Shown piece after piece: positions 47,101 through 60,980 of a stretch of DNA of 64,000 nt; the first letter of the stretch is position 1, and each line of letters starts with the position of its first letter. Under the pieces are notes generated by a model. That model searched no databases, was not told where the DNA came from, and saw only the letters and a program-made list of their open reading frames with translations. Source of the stretch: Vicugna vicugna (Eukaryota); assembly GCA_013265495.1 (NCBI GenBank), contig MU058444.1, forward strand, positions 2,480,001-2,544,000, read 5' to 3'. Position numbers and translations under genes: made by a program.

Positions 47101-50100
47101 CGATTTCAAATGGTCTATTGAATTTGCTTATCCCTTGTCAAGAATTCCGTAGGCGTTCTCAGGTGGTCTGTAGTTTCCTTTAGGACTTTGGAGATCTCTC
47201 AAGTTGTATTGCGTTTTCTCATGTTCTGAGTAGTATATTCCTTGGTAGAAGTGGAAGTAAATACTTTATATCTGGTAATATTAAAAAAAAATCTTTGACT
47301 TTGAATGCTTCAGGTATTAGGAGTTCTGTTAGTAGTCCCTTTGTAAGACTGCCTTTCAAACGCTGCTTTTTTCCCCATGAGCTGTCCTGGGCTTTCCGTT
47401 TTCTTTCATTCCCCGTAAGAGTGGCTCTGTCACAGCATTTGGTTCTAAGGGCTGCGGTAAGACCTCCTGTCGGGTCCCGCTTTCACCTGTGATGGCTGTG
47501 TTTCGCACTGCCTTGATTTCCAGTGTAGTAATGTGCTGGAGTAACGGTCATGTTTGTGGCCCCTTTACTGTACCGCTTTTAATTAGGCGACAGTGACGGG
47601 GATGATGGGGGAAAAGCATGTTCCAGGTCACTAAATACAGTGTTAAACTTTCAGTTCCATTTTAAAAACATTCAGTTAGACTAAGCTTCCTGCCATAGGG
47701 TGTGCAGCCCACTCCCTTCTGCCGTGGGTAGAATATAGTTAATTTGTAATTAGTCTCGTTTAGATTCTTAGCACAGAGTTGGATGCATGTTGGTCTTTGT
47801 TTAATGGCTTATAATTGCTCCTGTCTTATTTCACTTTTGGCAAAAATATACTTTGACAGACTTTGAAAGCTCCACGCTAGTATTGGGTTCAGTAATTGTC
47901 ATCTTCCTAGCTGGGAAGGGGTAGAGGGGAGAACCTCCCTGGTGGAGCTTCTGGATGCTTGGCCCTGTGCTGGTAGCACGGTGCTCGTGAGGCAGAGATC
48001 ACCCTAGGTTTGCAGATGAGGAAATGGAACCTGCATGAAGCATCTTGCTCAGGTGGTGGAACCGAGCTTTGAATATACACTCTTCCCCCAAGTCTCAGTT
48101 CAGCATTGTACTTGGCTGCCTTCATTTTGCTTTCAAGGCTCCACTCAAGTCTTCACCTCTCTGAGAAGCTAATTTGACAAATTCTACCTTTTTTTCGTCC
48201 CTGGATTTTGTGTTTATGGCTATACTCTCATCCCTTATCACTTGATGTCTCGTATTAACTAATTCCTGGTTATTTCACCTGTCAGGTCAGAGACTCTAAC
48301 CTTAATTCTTGCATCGAGGTTCTCTGTGCTGGAGTAAGAGGACTCGGATGCGTTGTTCTTGGCTTCTGTTTCAGGTATCCTGACGTGCAGACTGTTCATT
48401 TCCAGCACTGATCATTTCAGTCATGGTTCTCGATGCTTGTTTTTGTTGTTGTACTTTTTTTGTTTGTTATACCCATTTCATTTCACATGTACACTTAAAT
48501 TTTTTTTAAGCTGGTGTCTTGAGGATATTGGCTTAGTGAAAGGAAGGTTGAATGATGCAAAGCACATGATCAAGATCAGAGACCTTGACCTGATTATTAG
48601 CAAGTCGGTTACTCTCCGAGACTCAGTTTCTCTCTAATGAGGTGATGCCTGGAAGTGCTTTGAAAACTTCAAAGCCCAATACAGATTTCCTTTCTTGAGT
48701 AGTTAGGCTGTTTCTGCCCACATTTGTAGATTTCTTATTACTATGGAATGGTATTGATATAAATACAGACACTTTAAGATGTATTTAATAGCATGTAATA
48801 GTTCATTTCATGTCATCACGTCATGTTCCCCTTGTTTACAATTTTTTAAGGCTGAACTATTCAGCTTCACGTAGTACAAGCCCAACAGTGGATTAAGTCA
48901 TTGAAAGATGTATTTAAAGTAGTCTCTTAAGTGCAAGCTAGGAAATGCTCATAAGAAATGATAAGAAACAGAAGAATATAGAATAAAGAGCTGAAGTGTG
49001 TAGGTATGTGTACACAGTTTTTGATGGATGGTACTTTGTCATTTTGTGTCTCTGTTGGAAACAATCTGTTTATTTGTAAAACATCTTTTTCAGTACCTGC
49101 TATGTGCAGGCAGGCACTGAGGAGGGTCTGGGGATACTGGGAGTTAATAAGAGATGGTATATTCTCTTAAGAAGAGAAAGAAATACCAGTAGAATGTAGT
49201 TGTCCTGTTTAGAGGAATGCCTGTAATGAGGTTAGAACAAAAGAGGGGCCCATCTAGAGGGTCAAGGAAGCCTTTCTTACCAAGTGCTCGAGCTTGGTTT
49301 GGAACATGATTAGAGAAGGGTTAGTTGGACTAGTGGAGAAACAGGAGCCAGGCATCAGGTGAAGGAAGCAATGTGTGCAGAAGCGTGGGGAACATCGTGT
49401 TTGTGGTTTCAGAATCGTAGGGAACGGCCTTTGTGGGCACAGTTGGAGGAGATTAGGTTGAAGAAAGGATAAATTCCCCATGAGGACGTATTGGGTCCTA
49501 CCTATTCAAAGCGTGCCCAGTTTGCACAGCCATTTCTTGTAAGGTTATAGAAGTAGTCTGTCTAGAAGTTGGCTTGTGCACGATGCACGTCTAGAGCAAT
49601 TCCTTTTCTTCCTTGAACCGAGCCAGTGGAGGCTCTCAGTCACCGCACCTGTAGCCGCAGGGACAGCTCTGGCAATGGAGAAGAACTGGGGCCCCCGTGG
49701 AGAGCAGCTTGGACGACGAGGGTGCTGCTCCTGAAGTGGGAGGGACACCCCGTCATGCGTGGGCAGGTGCACACTGCAGGACCACCTGTGGGCAGTGTGC
49801 TCTCAGTGCGGCTGAACATGGCTCATCTCCCTGTGTGCCGGCTGGAAGATAATGTGAGGGTGGACTTGGGGAAGATGAGGGTGTTTCTTTAAAACGTTGC
49901 TTCATTGGAGTTTGGAGGTGTATCGAAGACGGGCCTGTGAACCTTGTGCCAGTGGCATCTCCAGCAGCACCCAGAACGCATTTTGTCAGCTTCCTTTTCG
50001 TTCCTTCTCTGCTTTGAGTTTCCTTGCTCTGGTTGCCAGTTTCACCTTCATAATTCATCCTTTTTCTTACTGTACCAGAGGTCGAGCATTGGCACTCAGG

Positions 50101-53100
50101 GTTAGAAAACTGTTAACTCCCCTTTGCTTTGTCACAGCTTCATATTAGGAGATACTTCAGAATTCTCCTAAGTTCCAAGGTTGTTTTTTTGGAGGTGGGG
50201 TGGGGTGTGTGTCCTGTATCAAAGGAGAATCAAAGTCATTCTTCCTGGGAGGGAATTTTTACAAATACAGATATTGGCAATTTGCCCAAAAGGCAGTGTA
50301 GGAAGAATCTTAACAGTTTTGGTGGTCCTGGCCTCCTTAACTGAGTCGTACTTCACAGAATGGGGTGTATCTATATGTCCTTTTTAAATTTGTTCCTGCA
50401 AAGCATATGTTCTGTGTACTTTGTATTTGTAAACAATAACCAGTTTGGGGGTGGGAAGGAGATTGCTTTGTACAAAAAGGTTGTTTCCTGGTTCCAAAGC
50501 TTTGCTGCTGGAGATGGTAAATAAATATTGTCCTGCTTTGCTGTGTGTATCTCTTCTACTCTGTATTTGATTATAAAGTTCTTGGGGGGAAAATGCTGCT
50601 TTTTAAAATATTGTTTCGGGTGTGGTTTCAGCTCTGAGTTGGGCCAGGGGGATTCTGGTAAAACAGAACTTACTCTGGGGGCATAAGCCTCACAAGACCA
50701 AACAGACCAAGGCCTTGGGGTGGGCGGCCGTAAGCAGGCTCTGAAACTGGAGCTTGTATGAGGTGAGGCAGTTGTTTGAGGAATCCTCATCAGACGAGGT
50801 GCATTTGTCAGATGCTGTGCTGACTGGCAGAGTCACTTCATTCCGCTTTCACAGTTGGTTGCCCCACTGAGCTTTCTTTGAACTTGGGATGCCTTACGTA
50901 GCCGGTGAAGATGATGGAGGAACCGATCCCCCTCCAGTGGGTGCCCCTCTGACCTGTCAGTGCCAGCTGACCTTCAGGAGAGGGAGGAACAACAAGCCCC
51001 TGCCGGGGGTGGCTCTGTCTGATCCCTCGTCCTGGTCTCCTGTTCTCCCCCACCCCGCCCGCCTACAGACTTCATCTTTTATTACTGGCTTTTTCAGTAG
51101 CCAAAAAAATGCCCTTGGTTAAAAAAAAAAAAGCCTTTGGTGAGTCAGATAGGGAACTTGGTTTTGATCGCCTCTGGGTAGTAACTATTCTCACAGGTGC
51201 TTCCTCGTAGCTTCTGTCGCCCTGTGTGGTAGATGGAGCAGAGTGATTCCCCTTCACAGGGAAGTTCAGTGACTACAGCCGTATTTCTAATAAAGTAATT
51301 CTGTGGAAAAAGCCAAAGTTGATCATTTTGTTCTTTAAGGACTAGAGTGCTTTTTTTGAGATTAATAATTTAAAAATTTAAATCATTTGCTCATCATAAA
51401 AAAGCCACAGAGCGGTACAGTGCCACGGCTATTGTAATATATACTAGTATTGTGTTTCTGGAAATTGCTTTACAAAAGCAGATAGACTCTTAATTCTGCA
51501 TTTCCTTTCATGTGATCATGGCAAATATTTCTAGGAAACTATTTAGCCAGTTATGGCAATAAGAAGTAACTTAGAAGCTCAACTTGTGGGCGAGGAGATG
51601 AGAGAAGGGTCCCGTGAAGTGAAAGACCTGCTTGTATTTAATATTTGAGAAAATTTATTCATGAGACTTTCATGTTTTACAAAACAGTTCATAGCTAGTT
51701 TTCTCAGCATTCAGTACCAAGCCAGTCCTTAACTACAAAGTGGGATTGGCAAGCGTACGGTACTTGGCTTCCTAAACCATAATGCATTTCAGAGTTGAGA
51801 GTGAATGGTTCAAGAAATAGGCATTTGTAGATGAACTTTAAAAGGAAGTCCACCTGTGAAGTCGGTTCTAAGTATGCATTCATCTGAGACTAGTCAGGTG
51901 AACAGAAATTCAGGGTCTAGTAAAAATTTCTTTTGGAACATAATTAACTTTTGAGTAAATCTGTTAATATTGAGGAATTACCATTGTGATTGGAAAAGCT
52001 AAGAATCTTGCTTTATTTATATTGCAAACAGGAAAAGAGGAAGGTCAGGTCAAAGCTGAATAAACTAATATTTTTAAGTCTCAACTTTTAATTTGACTAA
52101 ATGTACTTTGAATATTTGAAATACATTTTAAAATACGAGTCATACACATGGTTTGGGTTTTTTTTAAAAGCATATATTAAAGAAAAATACTTATTTATAT
52201 GTATTAGCTAAGTGCTTCAAAGTTGAAGTGGTGTTTGACATCAGAACTGTAAAAATACTTTTCCAGGAGCCATTAAGCTTCTTGAACTGAAAATGACTTG
52301 CCTTAGTTCTTGATTGATATCTGTTTCTGTTAGATTTGGGAAATAATGCAATCTAATCAATGCATTTCTAGAGAAAAAACCTGGAAGGAAAAAGTTAATA
52401 TAATTTACTAATTATGTTTCTTTTAGATACAAAATTTACATCTGCTTTTATGAAGGATAGACATTAAACTTATATTTTTATAAGGCATGAAGTAGTGATT
52501 TCAACCAAGTCCATTATGTTCTCAGAGGACGGAGGTCAACACTTTATACAGTTTTGTTATTAGTAAGTGAATTTTTATTAACAATTTTATTATATATTTT
52601 GATTGTAGATGTTAGAAAATAGAGATTAAAACAGGAAAAAACTCGAGACAAATAACTAGTGTTAACATGTTGATTTATAGCCTTCTAAATTTTACTTAAA
52701 TATTTTAATTAAAAACGGGATCATTTTCACTTAAAAACAAATATAAATGATAGGGAAAAAAGACATTGAAATAGATACAGATTATAGCTTCATTGATGAG
52801 TGGGATTTTGTGCCATGTCATTAATTCCCGTTTAATGATTTTGCATGCATTTATTTTATAGTTCATGTAACAGATCATAGTTTAATAGCAAAGTTAGAAA
52901 TTTTAGTAGTTTCCAGGAAATCTTGGTTAGCTCATCAGCTTGATTAGTATATGAAAGTATTAATTACTGTGGGAGGTTTTGCCCGAATAGTGGAATTCTC
53001 TTTGGCTGTGCTTCCTGCTGACCTTTATGATCAGGATTGGGAGTTCACGGTCAGAACTTGTTTCAAGTTCAGCTGAACTGATTTCAAGTTTGAAGTGGTT

Positions 53101-56100
53101 ATTGGTCTGTAGCAAAAAAAAGAAAAAAAGGAATATCAGAACAGTGCAACTAGTGTTATGAGACCCCTAAGGGAAATTTTGAAGTATAGCTTAAATTTGT
53201 GTGTTCGTTCATGTGAAATGAAAAGACACAATGCTGACCATTGATATTAGTTCCTTTTAAAAAATGCCCTTACTTGATAAAACAAGGGAATCCTGTATCA
53301 GACTTTCCTCCCCCCTACACACACCCCCAATTGTAGAGACCCACTGAATCCCACTATTTTTGATTAGATAGTATAAGAAAGCACTCTTCCTTTCCTGCCC
53401 AAGTTGCGTATTTCTAGACTTGGGATTTTTGCTATAACTGTATGAAGCTCCATTAAAAGATATACATTGTCCTCTAGAATAAAACAGTTCTTTCTTCCTT
53501 TCTCTGTATGAGCTTACTTTCTGTGGATATGTGCACTCAGATTTAACCAGTGTCTATAATCTGACTGCCAGTTCTAGGACACAACCCAAATTTGCTTTGT
53601 ACGTGTTTTACCTCAAGATTTAAATAAAAATGTGGAGTATACTTGAAAATACAAGAGTTGCCTATTGTCCAGGGGTGAGCACGGACAGGACTGCAGGAAG
53701 AGAGACCTGGCTCCTGAGGTTCTGGAACAGTTTTCCTTCCTGGACCCAGTGTGACCCTCATTCTGTAACCTTCTAACTCCTGCTTACCCATGGGATTTGT
53801 ATGTTGGACTGTGTCATTGGAATCACATCTCTGGTTCCCATTTAAAAAAAACCATCATTTTAGTTAAAACTTTTTTTTTCATAAGGACTGAAACTCGAAT
53901 CTACTTTTTAACCTTTTCTGGCTTTACAACTTTCTCCTTAATTCTGTTATGACCCCACACAAGTTCCTCAATGGGAGTGGCTGGGCGTGGAAGAAAAACT
54001 GATGCAGAGAGTGATCTAAAATACTGGCAAATAGAGACCTCTGTCTCCCTAGAAGTTAATCCAGGATGATGACAGCAAGTGCTTCAAGAAGGATGACTGA
54101 AGATCCCACAGCTGCTAACATTCTAAATGAAACTGAAAGCCCATTGTCCTTGCGTTGAGAGCCAGTCCATTTCTAGCTTGAGAAGTTACACACCTGAAAG
54201 GCTGACCTTTCTTAGAAAAGCTCAAGGGCCTGAATCCTTATTCAGACTAGAGGCTTTGGGAGAGATTGGCAAATCCACCCTAGGAAGAGCCCTGGAATTT
54301 TGTGATTTCACATTAAATCGCAGTTCAGCACTGTGGCACTAACAGGATGGTGGAAATGCCCAAACCTAAGACTGCCATGGCTCCTTTTCATCTTAGTTCT
54401 ATGGGAAGCATTTAAAAGATTTTCATCCAGCCTGAAATCAGTTCATTTTCTGACCGTGTTCCTGACAATACCATATAGCTTTTGGCTCTGCAGTAAGTAT
54501 TTCCCCACTTGTGTTCTGATAAGTTAAAATTTGTTTCTGAACACATTGATTCTTTGAATTACTTGTTAAACTTCCATGCAAAATAAGGCCTCTGACCCAG
54601 TGGGTAAAATCCCTAACATGGTGTTTTAATATCAATGATCCCTCTGCCTTTCCAGTGCCAGTGTGTTCTCCCAGAACCACAGAGGAATGTGTCAGTAAGA
54701 TCTAGAGGCCAAGTCATTTTGGATCACTAACGATAGAAGTCCAGGGGACTTGGCTTTCTGGAGAGAGTGAGTGTTCACAGATAACCTCTTACTCATGCTG
54801 GCTTTACCCAGCAACTTTGATCCCCAGACCCAAGGTTGTGATGGGAAAATATTAAATGAATATCACTCTGCCACCGCACTTGCTTTTTCCCCCCTCTTTA
54901 AGAAAAAACATTCTTATTTAAAATACTTCAATTTTGTCATTTTTAAATGGCAAAGTTTTCAAAGTCAAAGTTCTTCCTTTCTCTAGTTACCATTTCTTTT
55001 CATCTGCTCCCAACAGATTGTCTCCCAGATCTAAGTAATCTACTTTCAATATCAGTAACCAGAGTTCTTTTTTTCTTTTTTTCCTTAGAAGTAAATGGAA
55101 ACTAACGTCCCCTAGAGGAGGAGGAGAAGGAGCCCAAACACAATTCTAGTTTCTGTTTGTTTTCAGCATCAGGGCTTTTAGGTTTTTTGAGCCCTTCAAA
55201 ATCTTGAAAGTTAATAAACACATCAGTGGAATTAGTTGGAAATAACATAAATGTGTTGTTGATGTGACTATATAGTTAAATAAAAGATAACAGGCTACTG
55301 ATAGCTAAATATAAGAAAAAGAATTTTAACAGACAGTAATACAAATGACTTATACTTACTTGACCTTAAAAAGGTAACATTTTAGGTCTGGAGAATAATT
55401 TTAGAATGAAGTTGAAGAGATCCAAACAAAAGTTTAAATGTTAGTTAAAGGGCTGAATAATTTATCTCCCTAGCTATGTGTATAGTTTGAAGGGAGTAAA
55501 GTTTTAGGAACATACTTATATGTTGTGGCTAGTGGATTAATAAAAAATTTTCCCTTTGGGTGCATAATCGCTGTATTTCTGACATTTTCATTTAATTTTG
55601 TGTCCAGAGTTTATTTATAATTTACGCTATAAATTAGAGAATCACTACTTGTACTTTAATGTAAACTTTAAGAGGAATAAATATCCTGTAAAGTCTTCCT
55701 ATATGAGCACAACTTCGGGAGGCACTCAGAATGGCAGTTTTATTGTGGCCTAGGAAAAGGGAAAATGATGGTGGAACCATCGATTCAAGGTTCCTTCCTG
55801 GATTAGGATTACTTTAGTTAATCCAGAACGCCGCCTTCCCCCTGTCTCCAGAATATTCACGTTGTGGTGACAAAACAACGTACTTTATAGGTAAGCCCTG
55901 GTCTGTACCTTGTCTATCTCATGTGTCAATATGACCTTGGTTTACCTGGCCTTCCAAGCATGACTTTTGCTAGCATTTAAACTTTAAAAAAAGTCACCTC
56001 TGTCAGGAAAACTAACACACTCTAGGCCTGTGTTTAAATGTTATTAATTCGTTAAATAAAAAAAGTTTTTTGAATCTACTCTGAACTTCCTTCTCAGGGT

Positions 56101-56128
56101 AGTAACTACATTTTAAATAGAGAGATAT

Positions 56129-56272
56129 GGGGAGAAGGAGATAGCTCAGTGGTAGAGTAGAGTACACGCTTAGCATGCACAAGGTCCTGGGTTCATTCCT
56201 CAGCACCTCCATTAAAAAATAGTAATAATAAATAAATGAACCTAGCTACCCCCACCAAAAAAACCCCCAAAA
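56129..56272 (+). mobile_element. Camelid tRNA-derived SINE
   Basis: atagctcagtggtagag...cttagcatgcacaaggtcctgggttcattcctcagcacctcc plus A-rich tail. Confidence 0.85.
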
Positions 56273-56774
56273 GAAATAGATATTGATTTTTTATCTTCCC
56301 AAAGAGTAAAGAATAAATTTAATTTGCTTTTAAAACAGATGAACTTGCCTATTCTAAAGGATCAGAGCTCAGATAGCTTTTTATGAGTGTCATTTTTAAT
56401 AAGCTGCATTGCCCTATGACTTGTGAAAGGGCATTTTGAAGTTAGTAGAATGCTACCTCCTACCTGGTGCAGTGGTATAGGCTGGCCAAGTGGTCAGAAA
56501 GTTAGTTTGGGACTGCTTGCACCCACAGTGATCCTGCGAGCATCCGTTACTGCAAGGACTTAGCCTTGTGCTAAAAATACCAGTTGGGCCTTGTTACATG
56601 TGCTCACTTCAGTGGACCTTCTGTGTACTTGCAAAATCACACCTGCTGCTTGATTTGCAACTCTACCCACTTTAGATGAAATTTGAGTTGTACATATATG
56701 ACTGATTTGCCCAAAGAGTCATATTTTAGCTACTAACCCAGTCTTCCTAGTTGAAAAACAAATTCAGTAAGGCT

Positions 56775-58440
56775 TACTTTTTAGAAAAGTTGTAGGTTCT
56801 AGACAAAATGGAGAGGAAGAGATTTCCCATATATCTCCTCCCCCTACACATGTAGAGCTTCCCCCGTTATCAGCTTCCCCCAGCACAGTGATACATGTGT
56901 TATAATCAATGAACCTATGGTGACACATTATCACCCAAAGTCCGTAGTTTACATTAGGATTCACTCTTGGTGGTGTACATTCTGTGGGTTTGGACAAATG
57001 TGTAATGACATGTAGCCACTTTATAGTATCATACAGAATAGCTTTCCTGCCCTAAAAATGCTCTGTGCTCTGCCAGTTCATCCCTCCCACTTCCCTCACT
57101 GCTGGCAACCACTGATCTTTTTTTTTTTTACTGTCACCATAGTTTTGTCTTTTCCAAGATGTCATATAATTAGAATCATACAGAATGTAGCCTTTTCAGA
57201 TTGACTGACTTCATTTAGTAATAATGTATTTAGGTTTTCCTCCATGTCTTTTCATGGCTTGGTAGCTCATTTCTTTCTTTTTTTTTTAATGAAGGTACTA
57301 GGGATTGAACCCAGGACTTTGTGCATGCTAAGCACATGCTCTACCACTGAGCTGTATACCCCTCTCATTTCTTTTTAGCACTGAGTAATACTGCATCATC
57401 TGGATGTATACAGTTTATTTTTCCATTCGCCTGCTAAAGGATATTTTGATTGCTTCCAAGTTTTGGCGATTATGAATAAAGCTGCTGTAAATATCTCCTT
57501 ACACAGGTTACTTCACCTGTGACTGCTGTTTGCTTTATTTGCATGTTGTTTTTGTTAGGAAGATGATTGTCATCTGCAAAGAAAGAAGGTTTTATTTCTT
57601 CTTTGATTGATTTGTGGTTTGATGTCTGACACTGATTTGGGGAAACAGGTATTCTGTTGCTTTGACTCTGTCATCTCTTGGTGTTCCCATTATGTATGTG
57701 CTACATCTTTTGTAACTGTTCTTGGATATTCTGTTTTTTTCAGCGTTTTTTCTTTTTTCTTTTTGGTTTTGCAAGTTTTCTGTGGACACATCCTCAGGCA
57801 CAGCGACTCTTTCCTCAGTGGTGCGCAGTCCGCTAGTGAGCCTTCAAAGGCACCGTTCATTTCTGTTGTAGTGTTTTTGATCTCTGATTACCTCCTGGTT
57901 CTTCTTAGGATTTCTGTCTCGTTACACATCTATTCTTGCCTGAGGTCAGCTTTTTCCCTTAGAGGCCTTAGCGTATTAATCATGGTAGTTTTTAATTCCT
58001 GGTCTGATGAGTCCTGCATCCCTGCCAGGCTTGCCATTCTGTGCTCGCCCTGACACTTCAGACTGTGTTTTTTCCCATTGGTATCCCTGTGATTTTTTTC
58101 GTTGACAGGTGGACATGATATACCATGTAGAAGGAACTGTGCTTAATGAGCCTTTAGTAATGTCGTGGTCAGGTCTGGAAAAGTGGTAGTGTTCTGTGTG
58201 ATGTGGTCTCAGTCGTGGAGAGCCTGCACCCTGGACTGGGAGCTTCACCAGCGCGTCTCAGTCCTTCCTCTCAGGGGGGACGGGATGGCTGGAGTGGCCT
58301 GAAATTGCCTGTTTGTCTTGAGCCAGTTCGGTTAGGTTCTTGTGAAGTAGTTTCTCGTGAGGACAGGCATTGTTAAGAACAGAATGCTCTGGTGTATTTC
58401 AAAATGGTTACGTTTCTTCTCCTCCTGTTCCTTTTAATCA
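56775..58440 (-). mobile_element. L1MC-like 3' end and upstream L1 fragments
   Basis: acattatcacccaaagtccgtagtttacattaggattcactcttggtggtgtacattctg; ORF1-like sequence at 57600-58050. Confidence 0.75.
57277..57363 (-). mobile_element. Camelid tRNA-derived SINE inserted in an L1
   Basis: 11-bp TSD ctcatttcttt at 57266-57276 and 57364-57374. Confidence 0.85.
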
Positions 58441-58840
58441 AGAATTTCTCTTATGTAAATACTGTCCAGGCATTGCCGAAAAGCCAGAGCCCAGGGTGTG
58501 GGTGCCATGAGACCTTTTGGGGGCTGGACTAATAGCTTGGCAGTACCATATAGGCTCAGGGCAAAGCAGTGCCAGACTTTTCAATATCCAAATGACTATA
58601 CAGTAAATAATGGTGGTAAATAGTTTATCTAGATTTGAAAACCAGAAATGATGATGGCTGATTGGCTGACCTACAAAATACCACACAGAATATAAAACAC
58701 GTAAGACAGGTTCTTAGAAATTTGATAATGATAAAAGTAAGTGATTCTTTAGCACCGTAGCTCTTTGGTAAGTGGATATATGCTATCCCAAAACTAATTT
58801 GTTAGCTAAAAGGAGTGAAAATTGTTTTTTCCAATTGTAG

Positions 58841-58966
58841 GGTAATGTTGCGCATAAAGACCACATCGACCATCAGAAGGACAAAGTTGCTTTAACCCTG
58901 GCTCGTCTAGCCCGCCATGTCGAAGTGGAGAAGCAGCAGAAAGAAGAGAAGAACAGAGCATTCAGG
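58841..58966 (+). CDS. ZNF451: ZNF451 coding exon 4 of the zinc-finger isoforms (GNVAHKDHIDHQKDKVALTLARLARHVEVEKQQKEEKNRAFR)
   Basis: Acceptor ccaattgtag|, donor AGG|gtactt at 58967; 126 nt in frame; matches the recalled ZNF451 coiled-coil region. Confidence 0.93.
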
Positions 58967-59787
58967 GTACTTGGCTGTTTTTAATTGGTCTTTTACCAAA
59001 TTACAGAATTGTTTATACTAAAGTTAAGGAGAAACTTGTGTAATCAAAAAATGTATAATTGAATCCAAGTTCACCATGAACTCTAGGTCACCGATTTAGT
59101 AGCAATTCATGGTAGCTTTTTACATCTGTTCTTAGTTTGTTGGATTCTGGTTATATACGAATAGAGACAAAGGAAAAATAGAATTGAGTGGACTCTATTT
59201 TTGGGAATTAAAAGTCATGGGATTTCTTAAGCTGATGAGCAGTTAAGGGTGTCTGGTACTTTATCACAAGTTTACCAGGGCTTTTGTAGGCACAGCCGGT
59301 GAAAGACGGTTTTCTGCCGAATGAAGCCGGACCACTTTCGCTCCCACCTGTCTCTTCAGATTATTGAGTCAGGGCTGTAGAAGAGCTGCGGTGTGGACAA
59401 GGAAGCCTGATTTAGAATCTTGCCTGATACAAATCTTTTAAAAGCTTGACTTGCTTTACAAGACACCAAATAAAATTATCTTAAAGAACTCCCCTAATAT
59501 CGGCAAGTGTCCATTAGGAGTAGAATGTCCGCAAGCTAGGTAAAGAAAGCTTCCTCGGGGGGAGCTTAAAAATGGAAATAGAAGTCATGGCACAATTTTA
59601 CCATGTGTGTTTTTGATTCCTTGTTCCATTGGCTATTATGAAGGAATTTATGTGTTTCTGTAGCCTCTGTTTTAGTGTCTCTAATCTGATATGGAATACA
59701 TTAATCTTTAAATTCAGAAGTAGGTTTGTTTGGGGACTTTTAACTTTATGTAATACCAATTAAATTAGAGCATAGTATTCTAATCAT

Positions 59788-59994
59788 ATGTTTAAAATGC
59801 ATAATACATTAGTGATTTTTTTTAAAGGGGTTATTTTTTTCCTGGCAGAAGCACTACTCAGTTTTTAAGGAAGATTCTTTTCCAAAACTGATGTTTAAAA
59901 TGCATAATACATTAGTGATTTTTTTTTAAAGGGGTTATTTTTTTCCTGGCAGAAGCACTACTCAGTTTTTAAGGAAGATTCTTTTCCAAAACTG
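59788..59994. repeat. Tandem duplication, 2 x ~103 bp
   Basis: 59788-59890 and 59891-59994 are identical except T8 versus T9. Confidence 0.95.
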
Positions 59995-60199
59995 TGTGAA
60001 GTGTGCTGTTTATGGGTCGTGGGGAAAATCTCTTTGAGAGGGAAGTGCTTTGCGAGCTGTCTTTTTCTGCAGATTTCCTCAGCGATGCTGCTGACTTCTT
60101 TTCCCAGGCAGCGTTAACGGCCACATAGGTAATGAAGCTTTTGCAATGAGTTCAGAATCTTACAGTCACTCTGACAGCTAGGGTTTTTTTCAGGGGTGG

Positions 60200-60683
60200 T
60201 CTCGACTGAAAAAGACGCACAGCCTAAAAGTTGAGAGTTATGTTTTATTCGGTGAACTTGAGGACTGCACGCCCAGGAGGCAGCCTCTCGGATAACCCTG
60301 AGGGACTGTTCTGCAGAGGTGAGGGAGGAGCCAGGGTATATAGGAGTTTTGCAACAAAAACCAAGTAGTCAGGACAGCAAAAGATTATAGTTATTAAAGA
60401 AAGCCAGACATCTCAAGGCTACGTATGGGAAGATGTAAGAGTCTGGGCTCACTGAAGTCACTACTGTGACGTGCGTTACCCTGTTCTTTCTCCTCCTGAG
60501 TCCCCTCTGGGTGCAGTGTTGGGGGTGGCTGCAGAGGCCACGGGCTTGGCAGCGCACAGCCTATCTGTCTCCATCCTGCGAGCCCTCTGCGCTCACTGAG
60601 GGGGTGGCTGTAGTGGCTGATGGCCTGATGGCCGCAGCATCTTCTGCTTGCTGATGTGACAGGTTAACATTTTTTCACCTGCA
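60200..60683 (-). mobile_element. Solo ERV1-type LTR (family B, copy 2) in ZNF451 intron 4
   Basis: Homologous to 19303-19768; candidate TSD gtgg/gtag. Confidence 0.75.
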
Positions 60684-60935
60684 GTAGTTCAGATTTTACC
60701 CATGTAAGTGTTCATTCATTGTATTAAAGACTTTACCTTAGCACTGAAGAAAGTTATTTGAAATTAGGAAGTTCTTGTTTAACCTGTCGTAAACAATAAA
60801 TTCACTAGATTTTGTTCTTTTCTAAGGGAGAAACTGACTCACACAGATGCTTTAGCTCATTGCTTGCTGTATTCATGATTTTTTTTTCTTATTTGGTTCT
60901 CTTTCTAAACTTGTTTTTTAAAACTAGATGACAGA

Positions 60936-60980
60936 TACCACAATAAAGTTGTTAAAAAATAAAAAAATTACCCCCCCAAA
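60936..60980 (+). mobile_element. 45-bp retrotransposed 3' tail with a perfect 16-bp TSD
   Basis: aaaactagatgacaga at 60920-60935 and 60981-60996; the insert has AATAAA and an A-rich tail; TTTTT/AAAA L1-endonuclease-type site. Confidence 0.75.
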
